The translations under genes and the position numbers were made by a program. Below the pieces are notes generated by a model. The model was not told the DNA's origin, ran no database searches, and saw only the letters and a list, made by a program, of their open reading frames with translations. From Amoebidium appalachense (Eukaryota > Protista > Ichthyosporea), in NCBI GenBank assembly GCA_963693365.1, contig CAVNZM010000003.1, positions 13,796,914 to 13,860,913 of the forward strand: DNA of 64,000 nucleotides, written 5' to 3'. Positions 1 to 57,763 of this stretch are shown here, in pieces. Each line of letters opens with the position of its first letter. Within the stretch, counting starts at the first letter, position 1.

Positions 1-68
1 TTTTATAACAACTACTAGTGAAAAACGACAAAAATAGGTTCCTGTTAAAGATAATAAAATGTACCCAC

Positions 69-630
69 CTTGACTGCGTAGAAGTCAAACTCCGACATGC
101 CCCCGTACATGGACATCTGCAGCTGTTTCCCCATCGTGCTGTTGACTCCGCCTTGCGTGAATTTTTATTTTAAATATACCACTCCACTTTTCAAAGTCCC
201 AAAATCTTTCAAGGATGTTTCTGCCGTTGCAGTGGACTACTCATCGAGGTGGTGCACAGTATTTGGCTGGTTTCTGCTTCAGCTCACTCGGAGAAAGTAC
301 TGATGTGCATGATGTTGTTTTCGTTTCCCTTTTTCCAGTGGGAAGGTAGACCTATATGATCTTTTTTCCCTCTCAGGGCAAACAGATAGTAGACAGAAAA
401 ACTTTGATACCGGTGGGATTGACTCTGGGTTTCTTCTGGTTTCATACCCCAGCGCATTTCTGTTGGCTGCGTGTGCGCATGCGACATGTGTTCCATGTGC
501 ACCGCGGGACGTTCACACCTTCGGAGTTAATTTTACTCACTGTTTCTGCCCAGAAATCATAATGAATAAAACTGGTGAAAAGAAAAGAACGAAAAATTAA
601 TCTACAAGGAGACGAGGGCGACGGCATGTG
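69..630 (-). pseudogene. Possible decayed or partial spliced gene running off the left edge
   Basis: A non-repetitive segment ..CTWNTCRMRTRSQQKCAG|gtatga (donor ~447) joins in phase 0 to cag|YFLRVS*SRNQPNTVHHLDE*STATAETSLKDFGTLKSGVVYLK*KFTQGG..FDFYAVK|gtgggt, with three in-frame stops. No family recognised. Confidence 0.3.
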
Positions 631-1764
631 CACGACGCAGTCGTCCACAGGCGAGGTACACGTACAGGCGTTGTAAGAAAGATGTCTGTGTGAATGTTTT
701 ACTTTCCCTCATCCATTTAAAGATACTGAGCGAAATGGTAGACGTGAGGCTTTTTATCATATATTTGTTTTCTAGTGCATGTCTGCAATCAGTGAAATCA
801 CTACAAAAAGCACATGTAGCACCCACCCGCTTCCCCTGGTTGAGGTAAGGACTCGGCGGCGCGGCCGCGGGAACAACACAAACAAGTTTCCGATTGGTTA
901 ATTAAAGCCAATCACGAAACGCCATACAATGACGGCTCTTGGGCATTTTATAAGCACCAATCAATTTGCGCCACACAAATCCACATAAGGATATTGTTCC
1001 AGAGCAAATATTTTCAGATGCGTTCCGATCCAATCATTTTGCAGAAGACTCATTCTTTGGTGCGTGCGCCGTGCGGCCCGGGGACGTCACGGACTCCGGC
1101 GGACCTCGGTCCCAAGCTTGGTGCCCTGGCAGCATTCTCTCACGGCGCTGGTGCGCGGGCAAGCAGCGAGGCGGGATAAGCGAGGATCTAGGAGTCTCTG
1201 TGCCCAGGGGGACAAAAAAAAGAAACACGCATCATGATGTAGAAACTTCTTCTTCTTAACAATAGAGTGAAGTGCCCAACACTATCTATAAAACAGTATT
1301 GTTTGTTGTCTGGCAGTCCATATTATTCTTCTTCAAGCTTCGTTTTGCAGGTATCCACTACCGTAACGGTCTTGTGTCACTGAGTAAAAAGGTTTTAGTC
1401 AGTGACCATGTGAATGCGTGAGCATGTGCGTGTGCACGCTTCCCAGGCTCTTCAGGGCGTGCAGGGCGTGATAGTCCATAGAACCGCGGAGGAATTGAGG
1501 AGGGCCCGGTGCACGTGCGGGGTATGCTAGGCAGTGCACAGTGAGCGTGATCACTTGAAGTTGTCCCCCCCCCCCCCCCCCCCTCCCCCCTCCCCGGGGG
1601 GGAGGGGGGAGGGGGTTGGAACCTGCTAAGAGAGAAGACTGAAGGGGGGGAGAGGGGGGGGGGGGGGGGGGGGCTTGAAAGGATGCCAATGGGTGAGGAC
1701 CAATTTCACTCCTTTGCATTTTTTCAGTTTTGGGGGACGAGGCCTCAGGAGGAAGGGGGCGGGG

Positions 1765-1840
<76 letters not shown>

Positions 1841-1939
1841 GGGGCCCGAAACCCACTTTCCTACTACAATAGAAGAAAACACTACTAGCTGGCACACGTG
1901 GCACTCGTACACACATATTTTTGTATGACCACACGATCG

Positions 1940-2038
<99 letters not shown>

Positions 2039-2224
2039 ACCGTTTGAAAAGCATTATACAAATCCACATGCACATATGACAGTGGCGCGCAGGCATGCAC
2101 ACAGTCAGTCTGTGCGGGCGCACACACACTTCACACACACGCACACACACACACCGTCACACACGCACACACAGACGGGGCCACACACACAGACAGAGAG
2201 AGAGAAAGGGAGGGGGGGGGGGGA

Positions 2225-2284
<60 letters not shown>

Positions 2285-2369
2285 GGGGGAGGGATGTAGA
2301 GACGGAGAGAGAGAGAGAGAGGGGGGGGGGGGGGGGGGGATGTAGAGACGGAGAGGGGGGGGGGGGGGG

Positions 2370-2540
<171 letters not shown>

Positions 2541-3158
2541 GAGATAGAAGGGGGGGGGGGGGAGGGGGGAGGGGGGGTCTCAGCCCTAGAATCGGATAAC
2601 ATTTCTACCAGTACCGCCGCACATGCATGCTCCTTCATCCCGTCAAATAGCCCCATCCCCCCCTCCCCTACCCCCCCCCCCCCCCGCCCCTTCCCCCCCC
2701 TCTCCCCCCCCCCCCTTCCTTCCCCCCCCCCCCCCTCCCCCGCCCCCCCCCCCCAAGAAAAAAAAAAATCCACCGCTGCCAACACCACCACCACATAATC
2801 CTCTTCGTCCTTACCCTCCCGCTCTCCTGTTCAGAAGAATTGTAAGACTCACAAACAACAAAACCCGACAAACATGCTTTTCAGAGTTACAAGATAAGTG
2901 GAAGTGAGCTGTACGGTTGATTTTGGCTCCTGGATGGCGGATAAAACCTCCAAAATAAGATAGTATTTGGGTAACAAGTCATTCAATTAACATAAAACTG
3001 ACTCTTATATAATATAATGAGTAACAGGGCGGGTATGCACAACCTCTTCCCCCCCCCCCCCCCCATTCCCCTCCCCCCGCCCCGTCCCGCTCCGCCCCTC
3101 GGCATTTCCGCTCCCTCCTTCCCCCCCCCCCCCCCCCCCCCCCCCCCACCCCCCCCCA

Positions 3159-3190
<32 letters not shown>

Positions 3191-4183
3191 GATTCCCCCA
3201 TCCCGGGGACCTTGTTTAATCCCTTGAACACAACTGGCAAATGTTCATGAAACACACCGTTTCAACATTGACAGCTTTAAACGACCCAATCACATGCGTG
3301 CACAGCCGAGCCTTGGCCAATAGGGGTTTTTTTTTTTTTTTTTTTGCCCCCCCAAAAACGAAAGCGAGGGATAAAACTTGAACGACACAATGTACTCTGT
3401 ATGCAATATCTTTATTTCGAGACAACTGACGTTTTTTTTTTTTTCAGTGTCATTAAGGTTGGGGGAAAAACCCATTCATTCTTTGAGGACTTTCCAAGTT
3501 ACAGCATCCGAATAACCACTGCGGTAAAAAATATGCTATACGGCTTGTGCACGTGATCGATGTTTATAAGTTTGAGCGGTGACAAAAGCTATAAATATAA
3601 ACACAAACAATGGGTTTCAAGCAACACGATGAAATGCCCTAAAAGGGCTGAAGACCCCCCTTCCCCCCCAAAAAATAAATAAATAAATAAATAAATAAAA
3701 ATTAATAGTAATAACGTGGACCGTGACGTGGGTGTATATGGGGTGCATGTAACCGTTGTTTTTGTGTTTCATGCCATATTTGAAAGTATGTGATACTTTA
3801 GGTAAAATGTCTCTATGTCTGTATGCAAGTTTCTTGTTTGGAGTGGATGGGTGGATGGGGTGTGTGTTGGTTGGGTAAGCAGATAGGTGTGTGTGTGTGT
3901 AGGTTGTGTGCGTGGGTTGGTGAGCTGGTGGGGAGGACAGATTATTCGATTTTCAAATGCCATGCGTGGTTTACAAATATAAGTTCTATACCCGTTGCCT
4001 TACCAACCCCTTATATATGACACCACTTTCATCTCCGATTTGTTGAAAGTCACCCAAGCAATCAAAGACGCTTTTAAAAAGACTCCTCATATCACAGGTA
4101 GTTACGATTTCTTCATATAAGAAAAGGATGCGTCTCGCGGCACATACTTTATAGAAAAATTAAACAAATCATAAAAAAATAAA

Positions 4184-4972
4184 TCACACAGGTGAATTCT
4201 TATCCTGCCCATTCTCTTCCCCATCATCGCAGCCCCCCTGTGTGGCGAAATTCGGATCCAGCCAATCAGCTTTGATCAAACCCGCGGCCGCTTTTGCACA
4301 AAACTCGCTTATCGCTGCCCAATCATCCATGCCCATTTTCCGGTTTCTCGACAAAACCCCCCCGAAATAGTTTGCAATTTCAACAAGTTGTTCGTTCGAC
4401 CACTTCTCCCAGTTTGCAATTTCAGAGATTAGGTGCAGTGCTGCGTCTATAGTCCACGAATTTGTCATTCTGACGATGAAGTTCACCAATTCGGTCGGTT
4501 CGAACCTTTCCACCATATGATACGCCAGACGCGACGTGTGGGGAGAGAGAGGCCAGTCGTTTGAAACAAGGTTAGTTATCTGTGCTCTCTCGTGCACCGT
4601 CCACTCCTCTGTTGCATGTTTCAGCAGCGTGGCAATGTTGTGAATGTGCCAACGAGACGTAACCCACCTTATCCCCCACACAGCGCTAACCAATTGTGTG
4701 TCTTTCAGCACGTGCGCCAGACCTTTTCCGACCCATTTCGCGTTTTCCTCGTTGCGGACGAGGCTCAGAAACTCTGTTCTGTAGTTTTCGTCCATTTCCT
4801 TGAGAGTTTTCTCAGGGTTGTACAAGACGCCGAGGGACTTGTTCGTGGTGGTGGTGGTGGCTGACTTTTCGTTCTCGTTTGTGTCGTTGTTTGGCGGGGG
4901 TGGCCGTTTTGTGTGGATGCTGGTTTGGCCTTGTGTGATGGTGGTGGTGTTGTGTTCGGGAAGAGGAGACAT
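4184..4972 (-). CDS. Intronless 262 aa hypothetical protein with Trp-periodic helical repeats
   Basis: Long microsatellite-free ORF with ATG and stop and globular composition. It has a T/P-rich N-terminus followed by ~16-aa W/F-initiated amphipathic repeats. Confidence 0.8.
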   Translation of the reverse strand: MSPLPEHNTTTITQGQTSIHTKRPPPPNNDTNENEKSATTTTTNKSLGVLYNPEKTLKEMDENYRTEFLSLVRNEENAKWVGKGLAHVLKDTQLVSAVWGIRWVTSRWHIHNIATLLKHATEEWTVHERAQITNLVSNDWPLSPHTSRLAYHMVERFEPTELVNFIVRMTNSWTIDAALHLISEIANWEKWSNEQLVEIANYFGGVLSRNRKMGMDDWAAISEFCAKAAAGLIKADWLDPNFATQGGCDDGEENGQDKNSPV

Positions 4973-5814
4973 CTTGTAGGTGCTGTCTGTTTAGGGTAGA
5001 AAAGGTTAAGGAAGGTAACTATGTGCAGAAATGACCAAAAACGGCACTTGTTCCTGAGAGCTACGAATACTTTTGATTGTTTGTGATTGTTCAAAGTTTT
5101 GTTGTGCCTTTCTGTTTCCTGTTTGTTTTTGATTTGGTTTTTTATGTGGAGGCCCTACTACGCGTCTCTGAGTAGGTAGCGACCCCAAAAAGTAAAGTCA
5201 ATGACCAGTTTTGACCTTACAGGCTTTGCTCGGTACTTGTTGCAATTAGTGTTTGCTCAAGTCTTCAGTCGTCGTGTGTTTCTATGGAATGATGATGATA
5301 GGATCGACGTTCAGTGTTTATTAGCTAGTGCTTTGTTGTGCTTGTCGTTGAGACGTTTAGCACCATTATTGTGGGCGTAAGCAATATGCATATGTTCAAT
5401 TATTTTTCTTTTCAAACCACAGTCGCGTTCTTCTAAGCTTGTTTTGCACTGAAATGGTATTGAACACATGTGACCCCTTTCCCGTCACAGATCGAAGCTT
5501 TGAGCTTGCTGGTGAACTGACCTATCTGATTCAGTCGATTGTGATTGGGCTTTTGGGAGGCGGGTAAATAGTTGTCGCAGTCACGGTTTAGGCACTTTAA
5601 ATTCCGATAACACCCAAGGGCGATTCGTACATCTATAAGCCAAGCACTAGGCTTTAAGAAACTTCATAGATGCGTTTTGAATTATATAAAAGTATAAATC
5701 TATAAGCTTTATAATTAATGTCTTTCTACAAGATGAAAATAGAGTGGACGTAAACGAGATTTGGCCTACTATGATATCAAAGCAGACAGTTTACCCATCT
5801 CTACGACTCCCAGT

Positions 5815-5950
5815 TACGCCAATAGTACACGTTCCTGCCCAGTATCTACAGCCAATCAGCAGCTGCAATAACCCAAATAGATCTGAGCCGAAGCATGGTA
5901 CACTCATGACGTCATGAGCGCGATCGTTCAAGGTGGGATACACGTGGCTC
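5815..5950. promoter_or_regulatory. Candidate promoter cluster (CCAAT boxes, CRE palindrome, E-box) upstream of the 4972 gene
   Basis: GCCAAT at ~5818, AGCCAATCAG at ~5850, the perfect 16-bp palindrome CTCATGACGTCATGAG at 5903-5918, and CACGTG at 5941. Confidence 0.45.
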
Positions 5951-6659
5951 AAAACGGCTTGCTATGCTCTGTCATTTGTTCACATATACAGTACAGTATT
6001 AAAAAATGCTGTTTACTATGTGCTAGTTAGTTATTTCTATGGCTATCTGTGGTGACTCGGCGGTGGCCAGGCTGGTGATGGACTGTGCTTTGGACTGTGC
6101 AGGTAGCGGGCCACTGCCGCTGGCGGCATGCACATCCCGGCATGTTTTCGCATGCATATGATCGCGCCCACCTCACGTGTGTGATTCTTCACGTGCACCG
6201 CTAGAGAGCTTTTCCACAACGCAAATGTCACAAATACACCGTATTCTTGTACTCATTTAGCGAAGTATACAAAAATCAGGTGTACTGTTCTAAATTAGTG
6301 CTACATAGTAGCGATATCGATCAGATAGATAATTACAAATCAATTATTACTGCCTGTTATAACTTATGCTAAGTCCTGCAATATTGGATATCCGTTCGGC
6401 CCGGCTGATCATTCAACGTTTGCGGGAGTCTAGACTTTAGTTCTGCCAAAGTGTTTGCAGCAGACACGTGTCTAACTGACATTTCGAGATTGTCATGCAA
6501 AACAGGGTGTCTGTCCGGGGGGGGGGGAGGAGGGAAGGGGGGGAGCTGAAAAGAGAGGGATGGAGATCTAGAGAGGGAGAGAGAGAGATCGATATCTGGA
6601 GAAATAGAGAGAGGAAGGGAGGGAGAGAGAGAGAGAGAGAGAGCCTCGGGGAGGGGGGG

Positions 6660-6763
<104 letters not shown>

Positions 6764-7163
6764 GTGAGAGAGAGAATTAGAGAGAGAGTGAGAGAAGGCA
6801 TAGAAGGGCAGGGGGAAGGTTAGCTGTACATACGCTAGGCGCTGAATCCGGCTGGGTTGGTTCATGGATATCAAGATTCTTGTAGTTATATATCATAGTA
6901 ATGGTGCATAATAATGGTATTCACAAAACATTACTATTGCAACGATACCAGATCAAATAAATATATGATTTCCGTGAAGTAGTATCAAAAATACCATATC
7001 CTGGCACTTACACAAATTAATTAAATACTTTTTATCCGGTTGTGTGGAGTGGGCACGTGTGCACATGCCGAAAACCAGCGTTGTACGTGTTGCATGCAGT
7101 ACACTCAGTCTGAAAAGTACTGCATTTTAGACAGCGGGTACCACACACACACACGCACGCGCG

Positions 7164-7198
<35 letters not shown>

Positions 7199-7203
7199 CG
7201 ACA

Positions 7204-7245
<42 letters not shown>

Positions 7246-7289
7246 GATCAAGTCGACTCGTGCGATACCCGAGTATATTAATGCAACAG

Positions 7290-7600
7290 TATTGCGAATT
7301 ACACGGTAACCCAGTTACCAAACAAGTAAAGCGAGGTGGAACTCGTGCTTTATCGGGTCTTTTCTCACCCAATCCAGTTAGAAAAAAATACACAAAACAC
7401 ACCAGGTGTTAAGGATATACTTAGTCTACTGTGTGATACTTTGCAAATTGTTGCATATTACGAATTACATGGTAACCCAGTTACCAAGCTAGTATAGTGA
7501 TGTTGGAAATCGCTCTATTGGATCTTTTTTCTCACCCAATCCAGTCAGAAAGAAATACACATAACACACGAGGTGCTTGGAATATAGGATATACTATCAC
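7290..7600. repeat. ~165 bp two-copy tandem duplication downstream of the RTK
   Basis: GAATTACA.GGTAACCCAGTTACCAA at ~7296 and ~7462. TTTCTCACCCAATCCAGT.AGAAA.AAATACAC at ~7361 and ~7528. Confidence 0.75.
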
Positions 7601-8089
7601 GGCGCTTAGTAAATACATACAGTACAACTGCAACACAAATATTATACATAGTTCCGTGCAAAATGTGGTTTTCGGTATAGGTTAAGTGCCAAACTACCGG
7701 AATACAGGTTTGCCTTTCTCGATTTCTCATACAGGGTAGCGTGGAAAATGTGTATTTCAGTATAGAGGTATGTCAAAATTACTGGAATATCGGTTAGCGT
7801 CTTTCAATTTGTCTACAAGCATTATCCATAACCTGAGTGTGGCACTACTCACGGAAAAATCCAGGTTTCCAGGTGAATGTAGGATATGGTCCAGGGGTTT
7901 ACTCTGTTTTGACAAAGAAAACGAAATGAAAAAAAGGAAATGAAATATACAGTGAGTACGTCCGTTCGTGTGGGTGGGTGTTCTGTGTGTGTTGTGCATG
8001 CATCCACGTGTGCATGTGCAGGCTCGCGCGCACACACACACATACACACACACACACATGTGTGTGTGTGTGTGTGAGTGAGTGAGTGA

Positions 8090-8167
<78 letters not shown>

Positions 8168-8173
8168 CCCCCA

Positions 8174-47556
<39,383 letters not shown>

Positions 47557-48214
47557 TGTGCCTTTGGTGTGGGTGCATGTGATCGGCACTATGGAATAGG
47601 AATCTAACTACTCTAAAAAACAAGAGAGTGATCTTGATGGTTCTTGAGAGAGTATTCGAACCGTTGGGGTGTTTTTGGTTTAGTTCATGTTTTCTCGTAG
47701 GGTCATAGCATGTCATTACACGATAAGGTTGTGAACTCTACTAACTCGTGTGTTGCTTTGTTGTGTGATCACAAGAACTTATTAAGCGTTTCGTGAAGAC
47801 GAGTGAGAGTTGACGGTGATTACAGGTCGGTGAGTATGCCTCTTGTCATTTATTTGTGTGTACTATTGAACCCACTGGACTATGCGAGCAAGAAGATGCC
47901 ATACAAAAATGGGAGCCAATGAACTTTTTGCGCAAAAGGCAACTCAACGTAGCCTTTTCGATGTGGCTCCAGGCACACGGAAAAATGCGAAAGTGAGCTC
48001 TCTGTATGCAAGGTAGGAGATGTGCCCCTTTGCCCTTTTCAAGTCTCTGTATATACGTGTATATATATAGTCCTGAGTGATTTGAAATAAGTACCTCTGT
48101 CCGTATAGTACACGTAAACCGTACTGTTACGGACAACTGCAGTGCACGGCTGCAGGCACTGCCAGGCACTGGCAGGCAGAAAGCAGTGCGGCATTCCAAG
48201 CATACCAGACGTCT

Positions 48215-48260
48215 ACTATGACGTCATTTCTGCAGGGCCAAACTGCGCACTGATTGGCGA
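48215..48260. promoter_or_regulatory. Candidate RTK promoter elements (CRE TGACGTCA plus CCAAT box)
   Basis: ATGACGTCAT at ~48218 and CTGATTGGC at ~48250, about 0.7 kb upstream of the RTK ATG. Confidence 0.35.
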
Positions 48261-49977
48261 ACTTTCAAGACTTTTGATCCCCCCAGATGTACCCGTTTAA
48301 TGGGATATCTCAAAGAATTATTCTTTGAATCATTGAATTGTCGATCGTGTCATACATTGTGCTGTTACTCCTGTGTCAAGGCCAATCACTCGATTTATGG
48401 TAAAACAATTTAAGTTAATTTTCTAACACACTAAGTTCTCAGCTTAGCAAACACCAGCGATTACTCATTCCATATTATCCATAAGTTGCTCGGATTGAAA
48501 ATGTATATCACGTACAAGATGATTACAGCAGAAAACGACAGCACGGGGGAGGTTCGCATCCCATTCCAATCTACCAGGAATGTTAAACCTCCAAAAATAA
48601 CTTTATATGGCTTGGTACATAAGGTTACGATTGGGATTTTAGATCATAAAATATCAAAGTCTAAAGTACAGCCTTTATAAATAAAACATTCGAGAGATCA
48701 AGACTATGAACACCTCAAAAGAACGCCGGTCAGTGACGTAGTCAGACCTTTCTGTGCAGGGCACAAAAAGCCCAGCTACCCGCCCGCCCCACAGTCTGAC
48801 AGTGCCACTCAGTGCTCTCAACGTTTTCAATTGTACCACCTTGCAAGGCCAGATTCACAAGTTTTAAAAAAAAAAACATTTGAGTCTCAGAAAGGCAAAG
48901 TTCCCCTACATGTTGAGCCACTTGTGGTGGTAGAAACCGATTTTTGAAAGAGAGCGCTTCTTCTGACCACAACACTACCTGCACATATTTGAATTCTATC
49001 CACGTATGTACATACAGGCCGGGATCCACAGAGCTCGCTGAGGGCCTTTCATGAAATACTTCGTGTATTGAGCTCTCCCGGTCCGATGATGGCCGGGCTG
49101 CACCGTGATACACTCTATCGCGATGTCTGTAATTATGTTACTAGAGCCGTATGGTTAGTTGAAACATATCATAGGAAAATGTGAAGTTCAACTCGTATAG
49201 TACCTTACACTATATGTAGAATTACGACAGATTTATCTTCCAAATCGGATAGAAGGGCAAGCCTTGTACTTGTGTTCCGAATCCGTGGCCGGGCCAGAGT
49301 CGACAGCTGGTGCCGGTGTTGCAGTCTCGACTCAAACCACCATGTTCATGATCAGGGTTTCGTCCGGGCTCATGAGCTTTCGAAATCCCAATAGTAGTAA
49401 ACAACGGTTATACAATAATTATTGATAGCAGTGACCCCTGACTGTGATTATGGCCTGCCTCTTCGATACATGTGTGGATAGATTTGAATAGAGGGACACG
49501 TACGTACCTGCTAGGCGGGGGTGCCACTCAGTCACTAAAACCCTGCAGCTGGGCTAATTACTAGAAGTGTGTACGAATATTTAGGACTGGTAATGGCGTG
49601 TTAGCTTAGCTGGTGGTACCCTGCAGATCACCCTCAATTATGTAGAGTAAAGTCGGTGCTGGGTGGAAGACGGTAGTTCCTCCTAGGGTCCCTGAGAGCT
49701 GAGGGGGTGACCCTCCGGGAATAAAACAGGATAAAATAAAAAATGCATGCGATCATGACTCTGTGATTTTAAAGATTTTTTTCCTCCCCGTCATGCGTGC
49801 ATGCACGTGACTATAGACGAGGGCAGCAACATATATCCATGTGCAGGCCTGCATACAAATGCAACACGTGTGCCACCAAGAAAGGGTGTAACGAGGGAGT
49901 GTAGGTGTTTGATCGGGAGCGTGCCTGCCAGTGGTGGGATGGTGTTACATGTGCTTGCTGGTGGTGTTGGGGGGGGA

Positions 49978-50020
<43 letters not shown>

Positions 50021-50862
50021 TAAGGGGGCTGCTTAGCACAAAGCTGGATCATCTTGTAAATATTGAGCCTCTACGTGCTTTGAACATAGATAGACACGTA
50101 GGGCCCCCTTTCGCGTAAGCAGTAACAAGCGCACTTGGCTTTTCCACTTACCGAAGGATTTTTTTTGCGATATTCACTCGGGTGTATATACCGTCTTTAA
50201 TGCATACACAGGTTTGTCGTAACTTTAAATAACATTTACCTAAAATAATATTCTAGAGCTAGGAATTTTGCGAAAATTAGAAAGCTTCTAACTGGCTAGC
50301 CCCCACGGCACTTGTGAAAATTGCGATTTTTTCCTTTTGATCTTGTAAGCTCGGGGGGTCTATTATTAAGATTCCAATTGGCTATGGCCAAAATCCACGT
50401 ATGAATCTTTTATACGGCCTACTCCTGTACACCCGTGCTGCTGATAACCCCTTTTTAGTCCTCATCTTATTCTCATAACTTGGAAACACCATTCTCCAGA
50501 CAGGGAGAATTGGCCGCAAATCACGTGTCATTTATTTATTGGTTTTTTGCCACCTTGCTTGGATATCAGCACAAAGCATATGTATCATACCCGTTTATCA
50601 TGACATTCCTTGTCCAACAAACTTGCAATTGAAGCCTTTGAAACACTAATATTTCCTTCTTTTTTGGACAAAATTAATCTTTGAAATCTTTAAGTCCACT
50701 AATAATTCTATTACTACTAGCCGAGAACAACCAATCACAGCCTAAGCACACTACAAGCCACCACGTGGCTCACTCAACAACCTCAGCAGCGCAAAAACCA
50801 TCCAAGCACAACCATTGGCTAGAAATCACACATCCTTATCCTCATTGGCTGAAAGCAACCAA

Positions 50863-54707
<3,845 letters not shown>

Positions 54708-56005
54708 TATGTTGAGGGCTGCACGTGTGTGAGTGAGTGTGTGTGCGTGCGTGCGTGTGCGTGTATGTGTGTGTGTGTGTGTGTGTGCGTGTGTGTGTGT
54801 GTACACGATGAGTGTTTGTGGGTGTGGGTGTGTGTGTGTCACAGTGCACACGTGTGTTAATGATAGTGTGCGCAATGTGTGTGCTCTGCACTTGCACTTG
54901 TGTATGTGGCGTGCACGTGTTCACGTCTAATACACTTGCGGGTGCACAGGCAGCTGCTAGAATTCTCCATCCCACCCCTTAATTCAGTGCCTGCCACCCC
55001 TTCGAACCCCCCCCCCCCCCTCCCCCCGACCCTCCCGGGCCCTCGCGAATTCCTCCCCCCCCCTCCCCCCCCCCCCCCCCTCGGGCCCCCCTCATCTAGC
55101 TCCCCCTCAGCCCCTATCACTTTCCCCCTTCCCCTGCTGTTCTATTCACTAAACTCTATGTGACGCCTAGCCCTGCATAGCACACCTGAGAAAATCAGTC
55201 ATTTTCCTTACTCTAGAACTTTGTCGTTCGTTGCTCCAAGTACTCTGTAACACCTCCCCCCACAATTTCCTCCCCCCCCCCCCCCTCCCGAGCTCGTGGG
55301 GCCTCGGGTCAAAACACTTGTCCACTAAGGCAGTTTTTTCCCATCCCCAGGCTTGCACACGAAAAACCCCTCCCGGAGCGCTAGAACTTCGGGATTTCCA
55401 TATGTCTAATGTTTTCACCTGAAGATACCGGTGCGTGTCTGTCGGTGGCGCATGCGCACACACTTCCACCAGACGACTGGGAGTCACAGGGCTTCGGCAT
55501 TTTCCTTCTTCTTAACTAAGTCTCTCAATTCAACTCGCGCGTTTGCGATGTAGACAAAATGTGCTGGAGTATACTGAAAGGATTTATACTTTATGCGTCG
55601 TGGATCTTGATGCTGGTGCTAAATTAGGTTATACACATGCTCCCGGCAGCGAATCATATAACAGATCTAGATTCACTGCGACATCGAAATGTGATGGGAA
55701 TATGAATTCGAACACGGATGAAAGTCAGGATGGTCACAGCTTTCGTTGACAAGAACTATGTTTTGGACAAGGAAAAAACTTGAGGACGCCAGGTCCCGGA
55801 AGCCCCATTTACATCGTGATGTTTATTGATCTGGGAGTGGGGGGCTTCCGTGTCTGGGGTGACTCGATGTACATCACATCTACGTCACATCACCCGTCTG
55901 ATTGGCTGTCTAATCTAAAGTAACACCCAATCATAAACTGAACGCCGATCTAATCGGGTGCGTTGCAAGGCACACGTGTCACAAAACACCTGCCAAAAAA
56001 AAAAT

Positions 56006-56041
<36 letters not shown>

Positions 56042-56627
56042 GTTTTTTGAATAATGGCACGTGTGTATACTAAAGACTCCATTGTACGCAATAATAAATT
56101 CTCAATCTAATAATAGTCTGAGCAGAGTGTGACTAGACCCTAGGCTAGATCTGCGGGAACAAAGCGCTTGGGTTCGAACTGATACTGGACACGTGGTTCG
56201 AGCCCGTGAAAGTAGGTCCCTTGAATCAAAATCCTTCCAAAAAACGGAAGTAGACATATGCGTTGCTTTTAATGTACATAAAATGCATCAATATTAACAA
56301 ATTTGTAACAGGCCTGTTTGTGAGGACTCAAGACATGAACTCTATGTAGAACTATGAACAAATTTAAAGGGGGAAAGTCAAGTCCGGTGGTGCCTCCTCC
56401 TGTTCCGAGGTAGCAAGGAAGGGGAGGTAACTTTTGATAGCATTTCAGATGACACGGAGGCAGCGTATAGTAGAGTCCCCTACTAAGGGAATATATATAG
56501 TGTCAAAGCTCTTGAATTTTGCACAGGAATGTAACAAGCGCTTTGTACGCTTCAACTGAACATGTACGTACATACACGCGTACGTCGTACGCGCAAAGAA
56601 AACCAACCAGTACTGCGCGGGCGCACA

Positions 56628-56707
<80 letters not shown>

Positions 56708-57026
56708 GCGAGAGGGTGGAGGTAGGTGTGGAGGGGGGGGATGGAAAGAGGGAGGGGGCGGCTGGGTGGGAGGAGGGCTCGGGAGGGAAGGAGGGAAGGA
56801 GGGAGGGAGAGCCTCTTGAGTTGTTAAAGGGATATATAGAGGGAGGGAGGGAGGGAGAGGGAGGGAAAGGGAGAGAGGGTTGAGATGGAAAGAGAGAGAC
56901 TATAGGGGGGAGGGGGAGGGAGAGGGGGAGAGTGGGAGGGAGAGGGAGAGAGACATAGAGGGGGGGGGGGGGGGGGGGGAGGGGGGGGGGGGGGGGGGGG
57001 GGGGGGGAGGGGAGGGGGGGGGGGGG

Positions 57027-57262
<236 letters not shown>

Positions 57263-57763
57263 GAAGAGAAAGAGTCGTTTATGGTACCCTCTTTTGCTAT
57301 TCATCACCAAAGCCTTGGCTAGACACTAAATACTGTTAATGTGCCATCATTATTTCCCATACGACCATCGCACTTCAGCCTCAACGTTTGCAATATAATG
57401 TTATATCCACAATGATGCACTGAAAACGGGCATTCACAAACTATATGATGGCAAATATTTCATGATGCATTGCCATTTATCGGTCCATAAAACCCGGCAT
57501 TTACATTGCAAACAATTATTATGATGTTCACGACAACCAAAAGAAACGTCAAAATTAATGTAACTCTTTTTTTCCTTCAAGACAGCTCGCATGCATTCCA
57601 CATCTAAACAATTGGCTGGTATCAACAACACGAACCACTTTCAAAAACAATAGCAATACACATGTACAGCACAGTCGATATATTTTCCTAAAAACCCGGT
57701 GAATCATATTTTGTATTTGCTGAAAGTCACGTGTCGTTGATATCATTGGCTGATACCAACCAA

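Noticed and set aside
48700-49400. Weak SAP-domain-like peptide (DLSVQGTK..L) and short ORFs upstream of the RTK
   Set aside because: Needs a frameshift and has no consistent splice structure; may be chance or a decayed element.
56165-56210. Pol III B-box-like motifs (GGTTCGAAC, GGTTCGAGCCC) suggesting a tRNA or SINE
   Set aside because: No cloverleaf or A-box could be built; insufficient support.
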